Shown in pieces: positions 14,596 to 25,363 of a stretch of 64,000 nt of DNA. Below the pieces are notes generated by a model that saw nothing but the letters and a program-made list of their open reading frames with translations, ran no database searches and was not told where the DNA came from. The stretch spans positions 96,001-160,000 of the forward strand of contig JBFWNL010000008.1 of the NCBI GenBank assembly GCA_050251055.1, read 5' to 3'. Made by a program: the position numbers and the translations under genes. Source of the stretch: Bacteriovoracia bacterium (GTDB lineage Bacteria; Bdellovibrionota; UBA1018; JBFWNL01). Numbering within the stretch: position 1 is the stretch's first letter; every line of letters starts with the position of its first letter.

Positions 14596-14672
14596 TGGAG
14601 CGGGAGACGGGACTCGAACCCGCGACCCTCAGCTTGGAAGGCTGATGCTCTAGCCAACTGAGCTACTCCCGC
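14596..14672 (-). tRNA. tRNA-Gly(TCC)
   Basis: GCGGGAGTAGCTCAG...TCAGC CT TCC AA GCTGA...CTCCCGCTCCA. Confidence 0.95.
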
Positions 14673-14735
14673 AAACTGCTCTCACTCCACAAATCCGAAA
14701 ACCAAAACTTTCACGGCACGCTCCACGCAAAAGTG

Positions 14736-14821
14736 TGGTGGAGAGGGAAGGGTTCGAACCTTCGAAGGCGTGAGCCGCCAGATTTACAGTCTGGTCCCTT
14801 TGACCGCTCGGGAACCTCTCC
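14736..14821 (-). tRNA. tRNA-Tyr(GTA)
   Basis: GGAGAGGTTCCCGAGCGG...CCAGA CT GTA AA TCTGG; long variable arm; CCA end. Confidence 0.95.
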
Positions 14822-14850
14822 GTCTCACAAACATTTTGCGCAACAATAAG

Positions 14851-14926
14851 TGGAGCTGGAGAAGGGACTTGAACCCATAACCTGCTGATTACAAATCAGC
14901 TGCTCTACCAATTGAGCTACTCCAGC
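14851..14926 (-). tRNA. tRNA-Thr(TGT)
   Basis: GCTGGAGTAGCTCAA...GCTGA TT TGT AA TCAGC...CTCCAGCTCCA. Confidence 0.95.
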
Positions 14927-15098
14927 AACCGAAATTTCTGGATAGACAAGCCCACCAGCGTCGTACCGAATTGCGCAATTTTGCCGTTGCCGGCAAATTT
15001 CCATCCTTTAGTGGAAAAGTCAATGAGTTTGAGGGCTTTCCGGGGGAAAAGCGGCTTGAAAACTCCGGCTGAACTCCCTCGGAAAAGTGGAATTAACC

Positions 15099-15114
15099 GG
15101 GAATCTAGGTTGCT
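15099..15114 (+). promoter_or_regulatory. Candidate sigma-54 promoter
   Basis: GG-N10-GC spacing with TTGCT (GGGAATCTAGGTTGCT) about 25 nt before the OMP gene. Confidence 0.35.
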
Positions 15115-15137
15115 TATAGCAAATACTCGCGCTAGCG

Positions 15138-15698
15138 ATGAGAAATATGAAAAAACAACTTACAGTATTTACAGTTCTTTTTGGTTTAACCGCCGCCGTT
15201 TTCGCCTCCGGAAACGCCCTCGCCGCTGAGAAAAAGGGGTCCTCGACCACCTCTTCGATGGAGTCCTTCCGCAGCAGCAGCAGCGCCCCCTGGGGACTAG
15301 GTCTCACGACTACCTTAAACGGCATGTCCGGCATCAGCGGCTGGATCCCGTTTGGTGAAGGGATGCAAGGCCTGCAGCTGGGTTTCGGCATCCAGACCAC
15401 GTCTCCTTTCACTTTTGCTCTGGGCGCGGCTTATAAGTCCACCCTGGCCGGAACTCGTCAAACAGGCTTCCACATCGGCGGCGGTATCGCCCTCGGCACC
15501 GGCGGAAACGGACTGGGCGGCACGCAATTCAATATCGGCATTTCCGGCATCTTGGGCGTTCACTACTCCCCGGTGGAAGCGTTCCAAATGAGCTTCGACG
15601 CCGGTCCCACCGTCACCATCGCCGGCGGTTCGGCTAGCTTCGGAATGGGCGCCCTGTCCACCCTGGCTGGCTTCACCGTGATGTATATGTTCTATTAA
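15138..15698 (+). CDS. Small outer-membrane beta-barrel protein
   Basis: Signal peptide (start possibly 15147), alternating Gly/hydrophobic strands, aromatic C-terminus (VMYMFY). Confidence 0.7.
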   Translation: MRNMKKQLTVFTVLFGLTAAVFASGNALAAEKKGSSTTSSMESFRSSSSAPWGLGLTTTLNGMSGISGWIPFGEGMQGLQLGFGIQTTSPFTFALGAAYKSTLAGTRQTGFHIGGGIALGTGGNGLGGTQFNIGISGILGVHYSPVEAFQMSFDAGPTVTIAGGSASFGMGALSTLAGFTVMYMFY

Positions 15699-15730
15699 CT
15701 TCAAACTCTTTAAATAAATATTAACAATCA

Positions 15731-15772
15731 AGGCCCTTGGTATTTTAAGTATTTAAAATCCAAGGGCTTTTT
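15731..15772 (+). terminator. Intrinsic terminator
   Basis: GCCCTTGG...CCAAGGGC stem followed by TTTTT. Confidence 0.7.
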
Positions 15773-15857
15773 CATATCTTCCGTTCCTTGAAGTCTTCAA
15801 GGCCCTTTGACATAATTAAACCATAACAGTCGGTCTTTGAACTTTTAAGGAGTCTCT

Positions 15858-16499
15858 ATGAAACGCGGTACGTTTGTGGTGAGAGCTTCTCTCTTATTTA
15901 TTATGGCCCTCTCGAGCATGTCCTGCTTGAAGGGAGCGAACACGACCCGGGCGGCGACCCTGGCGAACATGATCGCGCGCAATTCGGCGGCGGATGACGG
16001 TGGCGATAAGCCAGCCGATCCGATCGTAGAAGAAGATAAATCCCTCGTGGCCTCCCTTGAAGAAGAGGAAGAAGAAAAAGCAGTCGAGCTGGCGTCGGAA
16101 GCCTGGGAAGACACCGCGGGCTGCGAAGCTACGGGAAAAAATCAAAGCGTCCTGATGGCGATGAATTTCGCCAGCGACGGCAGCATGGAGTTAGTGTCGA
16201 ATGCATATAGCGACGAAGTTTGCGGCGCGATCGCCAAACAGGTGACCGCCACGGGTACGTGGGGCGTCGTGAAAGAAGACGATAGCCTGCGCACGATCAA
16301 GCTGGATACGGGCGAAGCGGCCCTTTATCAAGTCGTGGCGGATAAGTTCGGCGACTTCACCCTCGTCCTGATCAGCGGCGACGACCACGAATTGCTCTTG
16401 GGCGAATACCTGCTCACCAAGGCCGTGGACGAAGAAGACGCCATGGACGACGCCAAGGATGATGGCGGCGACGACGGCGCCCTCGAATCCAAGAAGTAA
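15858..16499 (+). CDS. Acidic hypothetical lipoprotein
   Basis: AAGGAG RBS, hydrophobic signal ending SSMSC, D/E-rich mature part. Confidence 0.65.
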   Translation: MKRGTFVVRASLLFIMALSSMSCLKGANTTRAATLANMIARNSAADDGGDKPADPIVEEDKSLVASLEEEEEEKAVELASEAWEDTAGCEATGKNQSVLMAMNFASDGSMELVSNAYSDEVCGAIAKQVTATGTWGVVKEDDSLRTIKLDTGEAALYQVVADKFGDFTLVLISGDDHELLLGEYLLTKAVDEEDAMDDAKDDGGDDGALESKK

Positions 16500-16596
16500 G
16501 CGCCTCCGTTCATTACCACACCAGTTAAACGGCAGACATGATTCGCCCTGGTTTGCGCAGACGAGCGCGCGGACCGGGGCGAAATCATTTTTCCCA

Positions 16597-17202
16597 TCAC
16601 AAATGAATCGCGTAGCCACCGGTGAACTGCCACTCGGCCTGATGCAGGCTCGGAAAGCTGCGGAACACCACCGTGACGCCGAAGTCGGCGGAATTCTTCT
16701 CGGCCACGCGCAAGGAAGTACCTAACCCGAAGTAAGGATCGATCTGCGTCGGGCTGTACGAAGTGGAAACGCTGGTGCCGACGGTCGTGACGGTCTTTAC
16801 CTTGCTGATCTGCCCGCCGCCGCGCAGGCTCGCGGAGAACACACTGCCCATCTGATAAGTGCCTTTGAGCCCCAGCTTGATCTTTTCCGCGGTGTCGCTG
16901 ACGGTTTCGCCGCTCGCGGGAAACGTTTCGGTACCCGCGCCATGGGTGTACTCAAGCTCGAGCGAAAGGAAGCTGTAAGTGGCCGCCGCGTTCACCCCGT
17001 ACGTGAGGCGATTGTAGGTGTGCGGGGTCGGGGTATCCTTGTACACGCGGTCATAGCCGATGATGGGCTTGACCGTGTACTGGACGCCGCCGAACTCGGC
17101 GGCGGACGCGAACGGCCCGGTCGCCGCCAGAAAACCGACGGCGCCAAGACCTCCGAACGCGATTAAACGGCGAAGAATGCGCATACTTCGCTTTTCGGTC
17201 AT
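16597..17202 (-). CDS. Outer-membrane beta-barrel protein
   Basis: Signal peptide, amphipathic strands, C-terminal WQFTGGYAIHL. Confidence 0.7.
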   Translation of the reverse strand: MTEKRSMRILRRLIAFGGLGAVGFLAATGPFASAAEFGGVQYTVKPIIGYDRVYKDTPTPHTYNRLTYGVNAAATYSFLSLELEYTHGAGTETFPASGETVSDTAEKIKLGLKGTYQMGSVFSASLRGGGQISKVKTVTTVGTSVSTSYSPTQIDPYFGLGTSLRVAEKNSADFGVTVVFRSFPSLHQAEWQFTGGYAIHL

Positions 17203-17981
17203 GGCGGGGCGAACCTTGAAATGAGGATGCCCGCGGCGACCGAGACGTTGAGCGAGGTCACCTCACCCGCATCGGCCGAAGCGGGCGGGATGGCGCAGAT
17301 CTCGTCGCAGTTTTTCTCGACCTGCTTGCGCATGCCGCTCTCTTCGTTGCCGAGCACAAGCAGCCACGCGCGGTCGCGCGCCACCTGATCGTAGCGAGCC
17401 TTGGCGTGCTCGCTAGTGCCCAGGATCCAAAGGCCCGCCTCCTTCGCTTTCTCCAGGCAGCGGTTCAGATTCGTTTCAATACAAAAGGGGACGTTTTCCA
17501 CGCCACCGCAGGCGGTGTCGTACACTACCGGGCCTAACGTCGCCGCGCGGTCGCGGGTCATCATGATGCCCTTCACGCCGAAGAACGCGGCCGTGCGGAA
17601 GATCGCGCCGACGTTGTGCGGATCAAGTAACCCGTCGAAGGCAAGCCAAAGGCCCTGATTCGGGTCCACATTGGCGAGTAGCTCTTCGAGCGCGACGGGT
17701 TCGCGGTCTTTCACGAGCGCTTCGGAGAGTGCGGTGCGGCCGTCTTTGGCGCCGGCTCCGCCGCCGCGCTGGTCTCGCGGGTCCCGACGTCCGCCCGCAT
17801 TCTGCCCTGCCGGTCCACCGGAAACCGTGCGCACGTTCACACGCTTCTGCTGTGCCAGTTCGCGCACCTGCTGCCAGGCTTCGCTCACGCCCGCGGCCGG
17901 AATGCGCACTTCTACGACGTCTTGTGGGCGGGAAACGAGCGCGGCCATCACGCTATGCGGATTCTTGAGGGTCAGCGCCAT
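17199..17981 (-). CDS. SpoU/TrmH-family RNA 2'-O-methyltransferase (RlmB-like)
   Basis: DPHNVGAIFRTA, LVLGNEESG, SLNVSVAAGI. Confidence 0.9.
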   Translation of the reverse strand: MALTLKNPHSVMAALVSRPQDVVEVRIPAAGVSEAWQQVRELAQQKRVNVRTVSGGPAGQNAGGRRDPRDQRGGGAGAKDGRTALSEALVKDREPVALEELLANVDPNQGLWLAFDGLLDPHNVGAIFRTAAFFGVKGIMMTRDRAATLGPVVYDTACGGVENVPFCIETNLNRCLEKAKEAGLWILGTSEHAKARYDQVARDRAWLLVLGNEESGMRKQVEKNCDEICAIPPASADAGEVTSLNVSVAAGILISRFAPP

Positions 17982-18718
17982 CAGCCGCTCAGCTCTTTCA
18001 AAATCGCTTCGGTCGCCGCGCGCGGATCCGCGGCCTGCGTGATGGGCCGACCCACCACGATCGCGCCGGCCCCAAGCTGCGCGGCTTGCTTCGGCGTCAT
18101 CGTACGCCCTTGGTCTTGGGCCGCGGTACCGGCGGGGCGGATGCCCGGCACGACGGTGTAGAGGCCGGCGAACTCTTCCCGCAAGGCTTCGAGCTCATGC
18201 GAGGAACAGACGATCCCGTCCACTCCCCAGGCCTTCGCCTGCCGGACCATGTTCTTCACCGACTCGCCGATCACATAAGGCTTCGCCGAAACGGTGGACA
18301 TCGCCTGCGACCAGCGATCTTCATCGAAAGACGTCAGCACGGTCACCCCTAGAATTTTCGGACGCGCCGCCGAGCGCGCGCCGTCAGCCGGAGCAAGCTC
18401 ACGTACGGTGGCCTGGACCATTTCGGGACCGCCCGCGACGTGCAGGGTGAACATCTCGGCGCCCATGCGCGCGACCTGCGCGGCGGACTTGGCTACCGTG
18501 TTCGGAATGTCGTGGAACTTCAGGTCAACGAAAACGCGCTGACGAAGCGAGACGAGCTTGCGTACGAGCTCCGAGCCGCCGGACTGGAATAGCTCGAGCC
18601 CGACCTTGTAAACGACGGGCAGCCCCTTGAGCTTTTCGACCAGGGCAAATGCCTCGGCGGCCGTGGCGAAATCCAGCGCCACAATCAACTCGGTCTGCGT
18701 GGCGTTCTTTTCGGACAT
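17981..18718 (-). CDS. pyrF: Orotidine-5'-phosphate decarboxylase
   Basis: LIVALD, KVG, DLKFHDIPNT, VPGIR, VVGRPI. Start moved to MSEK at 18718, after the proS stop and an RBS. Confidence 0.97.
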   Translation of the reverse strand: MSEKNATQTELIVALDFATAAEAFALVEKLKGLPVVYKVGLELFQSGGSELVRKLVSLRQRVFVDLKFHDIPNTVAKSAAQVARMGAEMFTLHVAGGPEMVQATVRELAPADGARSAARPKILGVTVLTSFDEDRWSQAMSTVSAKPYVIGESVKNMVRQAKAWGVDGIVCSSHELEALREEFAGLYTVVPGIRPAGTAAQDQGRTMTPKQAAQLGAGAIVVGRPITQAADPRAATEAILKELSG

Positions 18719-18729
18719 GCGGCCCCCTC

Positions 18730-20205
18730 TTAGTAAGACTTCGCGAAAATGGTCCGTACGCAGTTCGTGGTCTTGCCCGTGAAGATGCACGGCTCTTTTT
18801 CCACGATCGGCTTATGGTTTTCATCCAGCATAATGCAGCGAACGGTGGCCTTGGTCTCTTCCTTCACCTTGGCTTCGGCCGCGGCGTCCTGCGACCAGGA
18901 GCAGATGAGGAATCCGCCCGGGGTTTCGATCTTTTCCTTGAACTCCGCATAAGAGCCCACGCGGAAGGTGTTCTCGTCGCGGAACTTCCGCGCCCGCTCT
19001 AAAAGATCTTTCTGCATCGCGCCCAGTTCACGCGCGACGGTGGAGGCCAGCTCGCCCAGCGGGATGAAGTTCTTCACGCCCAGATCCCGGCGGGTCATCA
19101 CGACCTGGTTCTTCTCTAAATCACGCGGACCCACTTCAATGCGCACGGGCACGCCGACCAATTCGTACTCGAAGAACTTCCAGCCCGGCTTTTTGGTTTC
19201 GTCTTTATCCACTTCCACCATCACGTCGTACGGAAGGCCGGCCGACTTGCCCGCGGCGCGGATTTCGGCGGCGAGCTTGTCCGCCACCTCGTACACTCTC
19301 CCTTTGGCCGATTCATCGCCGCCGTAAATCGGCACGATCACCGCGTGCAGAGGCGCGAGCCGAGGCGGCACGACGAAGCCCTTGTCGTCGGAGTGGGTCA
19401 TGATCACGCCGCCCACGAGGCGCGTGGACACGCCCCAGCTGGTTTGGTGCACGTGCTTTTGCTTGCTGTCGCTGTCCAAGAACTGCGTATCGAACGCCTT
19501 GGCGAAATTGCTCGCTAAATTATGGGACGTACCCGCCTGGAGCGCCTTCTTGTCCTGCATCATGGCCTCGATACAGTACGTGCGCAGGGCGCCCGCGAAC
19601 TTCTCCGCCTCGGACTTAAGGCCTGGAATCACGGGAATGGCGAGCACATTCTCGGCGAACTCGGTGTAAACCTTCAGCATCTGAATCGTCATCGCCTCGG
19701 CTTCTTCCGCCGTCGCGTGGCAAGTGTGGCCTTCCTGCCAAAGGAATTCGGTGGTGCGCAAAAAGAGGCGCGTGCGCATTTCCCAACGCACGACGTTCGC
19801 CCACTGGTTTATCAGCAGAGGCAGATCGCGATACGACTGGATCCACTTGGCGAACATGCTGTTAATGATGGTTTCGGAAGTGGGACGCACGACGAGTTTT
19901 TCTTCGAGTGCCTTGCCGCCGGCAATACCCACGACCGCGAGCTGGGGCGCGAAACCTTCGACGTGCTCGGCCTCTTTCTTCAGAAAGCTCTCCGGGATGA
20001 ACATCGGGAAATAGGCGTTCTTCACGCCGCACGCCTTGATCCGGGCATCTAGCTCGCGCTGGATGCGCTCCCACACCGCGTACCCATTGGGGCGAATGAC
20101 CATGCACCCCTTCACGGGGCTATAGTCGGCCAGCTTCGCCTGGATGACGATATCCTGGTACCACTCGGAAAAGTCCTTACTACGCGGGGTGATTTTTTCG
20201 GCCAT
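18730..20205 (-). CDS. proS: Prolyl-tRNA synthetase, archaeal/eukaryote-like type (no editing insertion)
   Basis: [28 protein letters not shown]-terminal FAKSY. Confidence 0.97.
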   Translation of the reverse strand: MAEKITPRSKDFSEWYQDIVIQAKLADYSPVKGCMVIRPNGYAVWERIQRELDARIKACGVKNAYFPMFIPESFLKKEAEHVEGFAPQLAVVGIAGGKALEEKLVVRPTSETIINSMFAKWIQSYRDLPLLINQWANVVRWEMRTRLFLRTTEFLWQEGHTCHATAEEAEAMTIQMLKVYTEFAENVLAIPVIPGLKSEAEKFAGALRTYCIEAMMQDKKALQAGTSHNLASNFAKAFDTQFLDSDSKQKHVHQTSWGVSTRLVGGVIMTHSDDKGFVVPPRLAPLHAVIVPIYGGDESAKGRVYEVADKLAAEIRAAGKSAGLPYDVMVEVDKDETKKPGWKFFEYELVGVPVRIEVGPRDLEKNQVVMTRRDLGVKNFIPLGELASTVARELGAMQKDLLERARKFRDENTFRVGSYAEFKEKIETPGGFLICSWSQDAAAEAKVKEETKATVRCIMLDENHKPIVEKEPCIFTGKTTNCVRTIFAKSY

Positions 20206-20327
20206 AAGTCCTCACAACCTAATCGCGAGGGGTCGCTGCCGCAAGGAGACAAATCGCTTGCGGGGCATTTTGGGGTACGGCATGTAGAAGGAGGGTCCCA
20301 AGAGACAGTCACGGAGTAAACCAACGG

Positions 20328-22673
20328 TTGGAAAACCAGATTAAATCAATCGGACAAACCGTGAGCGAACACCGCAAGCGCCGGCGCGAGCGAATCGCCA
20401 TTCTCTTGCTGGCCGTGCTCTTCTTTCTCCTGACCATCGCGGAATTCCGCCTGACCCGGGTGTCGAGCACGCTCCCCTTCGTGAACTCGATCTTTTTCTT
20501 CGGTCTCCTGAACATTAACATCGTGCTTTTGATCGCCCTCTTCTGGCTGATCTTCCGCAACATCGGAAAGCTTTTTTTGGAGCGCCGAAGCCGCGTCTTG
20601 GGCGCCCGCCTGAAGACGAAACTCGTGGTCGCGTTCCTGGCGTTCTCCATCACGCCGACGTTGATCCTGTTCGTGATCTCGTCTTTTTACATCAACTCGA
20701 GTTTCGATAAGTGGTTCTCGATCAAGATTCAAAATACGTTGCAAGCCTCGCTCGAGATCACCGGTACCTACTACCGTAACGCCGAGCGGACCACCAAGCA
20801 CTTCGCTGAACACCTGGCCAACCAGCTCTCGAAGCATCCGGCGGCCGAAGAGTCCATTAACCCCATCACCGCGGAAGCGATCCCGAAGTGGGTGGGTAAG
20901 TTTCTCGAGGATCAGCGCGAGCTGCTCGCGCTGAATGCGGTGGAATTTTACGGCGATCCGTTCGACGAACGCTTCCTCTCGCAAGAGGGCTCTTCCGCGG
21001 AAACGATCAATCACTACCCCCGCCTTTCCTTGGATATCTTGGATAAGGCGTTCGGTGGCGAGGTCACGACCGTCACCCAACGCATCGGCACGGGAGATTT
21101 GATCCGCTGCCTGATGCCGGTGCGGATCGATAAACGCGGGCCCGTCGTCGGCGTGGTGGTCGTGGACGCCTACATCCCCATCAGCCTCGTGAATAAGGTC
21201 GGCGAGATCGCCGGCGTATTCGAGGATTACAAAGGGACGAACCCGCTGAAATATCCCATCAAGACGGCCTATTTCGTGATTCTGGTCATGATCACGCTCG
21301 TGCTGATCTTCGTCGCGGTGTGGATCGGGCTCTACCTCGCGCGCGAGCTGACCGTGCCGGTCGAGCGCCTGGTGCGCGGCGCCCAGCAGGTCGGCTCGGG
21401 CAATTTGGACGTTTCCATCGAGGCGGCGGGGCAGGACGAGATCGCCGTGCTGGTCGATTCGTTCAACAAAATGACGCGCGACCTGAAGGACAATCGCGCC
21501 CGGCTCACCCAGGCCAGCGTCGATCTGGAAGCCCGCAAGATCCAGCTGGAAGCCGTGCTCGCGAACATCGGCACTGGCGTCATCGTGGTCGGCCGCGACG
21601 GCGTCATTACGACGTTCAACCGCGCGGCGGCGCAGCTTTTGGAAATCGCGCCGGATCGCATGCTGCACGCGCGGTACGACCAGGCCTTAAGCGGCGAAAC
21701 CGTACCGCTCGTGGAGCTCATCGAACGCGCCTTCAAGGCCTTCCAAAGCAACAAGGACGTTCCCGCCGAAATCACCCACTGGAACTTCAAGGCGCCCGAC
21801 AACGTGCGCGCGCTGGCCGGCATCGCCACGCCGCTCAGGGACGCGGAAGCGCACTGGGGCGTGGTCGTCGTGATCGACGACATGAGCCACCTGATCAAAG
21901 CCCAGCGTGAAGTCGCGTGGCGCGAAGTCGCCCGCCGCATCGCCCACGAGATCAAGAATCCGCTCACGCCCATCAAACTCTCCGCCCAGCGCCTGCAGCG
22001 CCGCCTCGGACACTACCGCGGCAAGGAAGGCGAAGTACTGAAAGAATGCACCGAGACCATCGTGAAACACACGGACGAGCTCAAGGAAATGGTGAACGAG
22101 TTTTCCAACTTCGCCCGATTCCCGGAAATCACGCCGGCTCCGAACGACATTGCCAAGGCGATCCGCGAAACGCTCACCCTTTTCAAGCAGGCCCATCCGC
22201 AGATCTCGATGACGTTTGAACCCGACACGCGCATGCCCACCTTCGAGTTCGACCGCGAACAAATCAAACGCGTGGTGATGAACCTGCTCGACAACGCCAT
22301 CTCCGCCTTGAACGCCGTCCACACCGCGAAGCTAAAAGAGATCCGCATCCAAACCCACTACAATGAAGCCTTACAGATGGCCGTGGTGTCGGTCGAAGAC
22401 AATGGCCCGGGCATGGAAGAGGACGTGCGCTCGCGCGTTTTCGAGCCCTATTTTTCCACCAAGCAGGACGGCACGGGACTGGGCTTGGCCATCGCCAAAC
22501 GCATCGTAAACGACCATGACGGGTTTATCCGCGTGGAATCGACGCCCGGCAAGGGCACCCGCTTCTGGATCGAGCTGCCGACTGCCCTGCGCCGCGACTT
22601 TTCCGGGGCCGAATCGCCTGAAACCGTGCTAAACAAATCCTCAGGCAAGGCAAGCCGAGGAGCCGCAAAATGA
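20328..22673 (+). CDS. NtrY-like HAMP/PAS sensor histidine kinase
   Basis: TM helices, HAMP, PAS, AWREVARRIAHEIKNPLTPI H-box, N/G1/F/G2 boxes. Confidence 0.92.
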   Translation: MENQIKSIGQTVSEHRKRRRERIAILLLAVLFFLLTIAEFRLTRVSSTLPFVNSIFFFGLLNINIVLLIALFWLIFRNIGKLFLERRSRVLGARLKTKLVVAFLAFSITPTLILFVISSFYINSSFDKWFSIKIQNTLQASLEITGTYYRNAERTTKHFAEHLANQLSKHPAAEESINPITAEAIPKWVGKFLEDQRELLALNAVEFYGDPFDERFLSQEGSSAETINHYPRLSLDILDKAFGGEVTTVTQRIGTGDLIRCLMPVRIDKRGPVVGVVVVDAYIPISLVNKVGEIAGVFEDYKGTNPLKYPIKTAYFVILVMITLVLIFVAVWIGLYLARELTVPVERLVRGAQQVGSGNLDVSIEAAGQDEIAVLVDSFNKMTRDLKDNRARLTQASVDLEARKIQLEAVLANIGTGVIVVGRDGVITTFNRAAAQLLEIAPDRMLHARYDQALSGETVPLVELIERAFKAFQSNKDVPAEITHWNFKAPDNVRALAGIATPLRDAEAHWGVVVVIDDMSHLIKAQREVAWREVARRIAHEIKNPLTPIKLSAQRLQRRLGHYRGKEGEVLKECTETIVKHTDELKEMVNEFSNFARFPEITPAPNDIAKAIRETLTLFKQAHPQISMTFEPDTRMPTFEFDREQIKRVVMNLLDNAISALNAVHTAKLKEIRIQTHYNEALQMAVVSVEDNGPGMEEDVRSRVFEPYFSTKQDGTGLGLAIAKRIVNDHDGFIRVESTPGKGTRFWIELPTALRRDFSGAESPETVLNKSSGKASRGAAK

Positions 22674-24070
22674 GCGCCCGTACCGTCCTGGTCATCGACG
22701 ACGAAGTTTCCATCCAGGCCTCCCTCAAAGGAGCCCTTACCGACGAAGGCTACAAAGTCCTCACCGCGTCCTCCGCGATGGAGGGCATCGAACTCATGCG
22801 GGCGGAAAATCCCGACGTCATCCTGCTCGACATCTGGATGACGGAAATGGACGGCATCACCGCGCTCAAGACCATCCGGGAGGAACGTCCCGACCAGGTC
22901 GTGATCATGATGTCGGGGCATGGCACGATCGAAACCGCGGTGAAAGCCACGAAGCTCGGCGCTTACGACTTCGCCGAAAAGCCCCTGTCGCTCGAGCGCA
23001 TTCTCGTATTGATCAAGAACGCGGGCCAGGCGCACGACCTTTTGCGCGAGAATCGCGCGTTGAAAAAACAAGTCAGCAAGCACAAAACCCTCCTCGGCGT
23101 GAGCCCGGCCATGAAGACCCTGCAGGGGCTGATCGCGCGCGTCGGCCCCACCACCGGTTCGGTGCTGATCACCGGCGAAAACGGCACCGGCAAGGAGCTG
23201 GTCGCCCACAGCCTGCACGCGGCCTCTCCGCGCGCCGCCAAGTCCTTCGTCGAGGTGAACTGCGCCGCCATCCCGGAAGACCTGATTGAGAGCGAACTTT
23301 TCGGCCACGAAAAGGGCGCGTTTACCGGCGCGACGCAGTTGCGGCGCGGGAAATTCGACATGGCCCACAACGGGACCCTGTTTTTGGACGAGATCGGCGA
23401 CATGTCGCTCAAGACCCAAGCGAAGGTCCTGCGGATCCTGCAAGAGCAGAAGTTCGAGCGCGTCGGCGGATCGCAAACCATTTCCGTGGACGTGCGTATC
23501 GTCGCCGCCACCAACAAAGACATCAAGGCCGAGATCCAAGGCGGGCGTTTCCGCGAGGACCTGTTCTACCGCCTGAACGTCATTCCCTTCCACGTGCAGC
23601 CCCTACGCGAGCGGCGGGAGGACATTCCGATCCTGGCCGAACACTTCCTCTCCGAGTTCAGCTCGGCGCACGGAAAGTCTAACCGCGCCCTTACGCCGGA
23701 GGGGCATAACGTGCTCACGAACTATCCGTGGCCCGGAAACGTACGCGAGCTCAAGAATCTCATCGAGCGCTTGATCATCCTCACCACGGAAGCCGAGGAC
23801 GGACAGCCTATCACCGCCGCCCACTTGCTCTCGCACCTAAAGGATGAAGCGGCCGACGCCGCCGTGGCCCAACTGCCCGGCAGCGCGGCCACCGACGTCT
23901 CACGCGCGGGCCGTAACCTCAAGGACGCGCGCCAGGAGTTCGAAAAGGAATTCATCATCCGTACGCTCGAGGCACACGACTGGAACATCTCCAAGACCGC
24001 ATCGATCCTGGGCATCGAGCGTAGCCATCTGCACCGAAAAATCAAATCTTACGGAATTGACGTAAAATAA
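22670..24070 (+). CDS. NtrX-like sigma-54-dependent response regulator
   Basis: Receiver domain, GENGTGKE Walker A, GAFTGA, Fis-type HTH; ATGA overlap with the kinase. Confidence 0.93.
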   Translation: MSARTVLVIDDEVSIQASLKGALTDEGYKVLTASSAMEGIELMRAENPDVILLDIWMTEMDGITALKTIREERPDQVVIMMSGHGTIETAVKATKLGAYDFAEKPLSLERILVLIKNAGQAHDLLRENRALKKQVSKHKTLLGVSPAMKTLQGLIARVGPTTGSVLITGENGTGKELVAHSLHAASPRAAKSFVEVNCAAIPEDLIESELFGHEKGAFTGATQLRRGKFDMAHNGTLFLDEIGDMSLKTQAKVLRILQEQKFERVGGSQTISVDVRIVAATNKDIKAEIQGGRFREDLFYRLNVIPFHVQPLRERREDIPILAEHFLSEFSSAHGKSNRALTPEGHNVLTNYPWPGNVRELKNLIERLIILTTEAEDGQPITAAHLLSHLKDEAADAAVAQLPGSAATDVSRAGRNLKDARQEFEKEFIIRTLEAHDWNISKTASILGIERSHLHRKIKSYGIDVK

Positions 24071-24085
24071 GCGCGAAGCGCCGGA

Positions 24086-25363
24086 TTAATCACCCGTACG
24101 CAGCAGCGCCGCGAACGCCTGTAGTTGCGCCCGGGTATCCAGAAACGGCTCGTGCCAACGGACATCCTTGCCCACCAGCGGCCTTTCGAGCTCGAACTCC
24201 GTCGCCAGCTGCGCGAGCGCCTCGGCCTGCCGCAAACGTTCCAGCTTCGGAACTCCCGCCGAAGCCAGCAGCACGTCCGCCGCCCCCCCGTACACGTGCG
24301 CGGCCACGGTCTGCATATCCCCAAAGGCGGCCGTGGTCTTGAGATCGGGATCGTGTTCGCGGCGATACCGCAGCACCCTCACCATGCGCGCGGCAAGCGT
24401 CGCACCGGGCGTACGGATCGCCGCCACCAGGTCTGCTCCGGCGGCCTCGCGTACGTCCTGCGGAGCGGGCTGTTCGCCCGAGTCCCGCAACAGAAGCCCG
24501 TAAATTTTCTTTAAGACGTCCGTCTTGGCCCACTCCGAAAGATCCTTCCGCCAATGCTCCTCGGCCGCCTGTCGGATCCGTTCGCGTTCGAGCGCCTCGT
24601 CGATCTCGTCGAGCCACCCCGAAGCCACCACATCGTAGGCCCCCATCTCCCGCCACTCGCGCAGATACGGAGCGCGTTCCAGATCCCCGAGGAAAGCCAC
24701 TATTTCCTCCCGGAACTTTTTAATCTCCTTAAAATCACGAGTCTCGAAGCGATGGCTCATCACGCGGAAATACCCGTGCAGCACGAGCACCGTGAGCAGA
24801 TCTTGGTCGTCGCCCAGATAATAGTAGGGGCTGAAATAATGCTTTTTATCAAACGGATCCCGGAGCGCGCGCAGCAGTTTCCGCATTTCCGCCAAGGTCA
24901 TATCGGTGCGAAAACTTCCCACCTTCGTCTGGATGAACGCCGGCCAGTTGCGAGGATTTTCCCCGTACGCGGTCTTCTTGCTTTGCTTCCAGGCCTTCAA
25001 GATATCGTCGGCGCTTTCGGTACCGACCACAGGTTGGGGAGCCGGGCGCAACAGGTGGCGCGGATTGGCGGGAACGGCCGATTTCGCCGGCAAGGCCCCG
25101 GTCCAGGCCGGGGGGTTTAGGATCGCCGTGCAAAGCGCCAGATCGTCCGCGTCCTTTGCTTGCGCGGAATACGGCGAAGCGCAGGCCTTCGCGGCGGCCT
25201 CGCAGCTGGGGACGCCTACGGCGAACGCGGGGCGATTGGCCACGCACCGAAGCAGCAGACGATCCACCAACGCGGGATCCGTCGAGGTACGAAAAAGCTG
25301 GTAGGCCCGGGCTTCCGGACTGAGCGCGCCCAAGCCGATCACGAGCGCCAAGATCGCGATCAT
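24086..25363 (-). CDS. Secreted hypothetical protein
   Basis: Signal peptide, Cys-containing N-region; start overlaps the protease stop. Confidence 0.6.
   Translation of the reverse strand: MIAILALVIGLGALSPEARAYQLFRTSTDPALVDRLLLRCVANRPAFAVGVPSCEAAAKACASPYSAQAKDADDLALCTAILNPPAWTGALPAKSAVPANPRHLLRPAPQPVVGTESADDILKAWKQSKKTAYGENPRNWPAFIQTKVGSFRTDMTLAEMRKLLRALRDPFDKKHYFSPYYYLGDDQDLLTVLVLHGYFRVMSHRFETRDFKEIKKFREEIVAFLGDLERAPYLREWREMGAYDVVASGWLDEIDEALERERIRQAAEEHWRKDLSEWAKTDVLKKIYGLLLRDSGEQPAPQDVREAAGADLVAAIRTPGATLAARMVRVLRYRREHDPDLKTTAAFGDMQTVAAHVYGGAADVLLASAGVPKLERLRQAEALAQLATEFELERPLVGKDVRWHEPFLDTRAQLQAFAALLRTGD

Noticed and set aside
18730-20205. Eukaryote/archaeal-type ProRS as a sign of unusual gene transfer
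   Set aside because: This ProRS type is widespread in several bacterial phyla.
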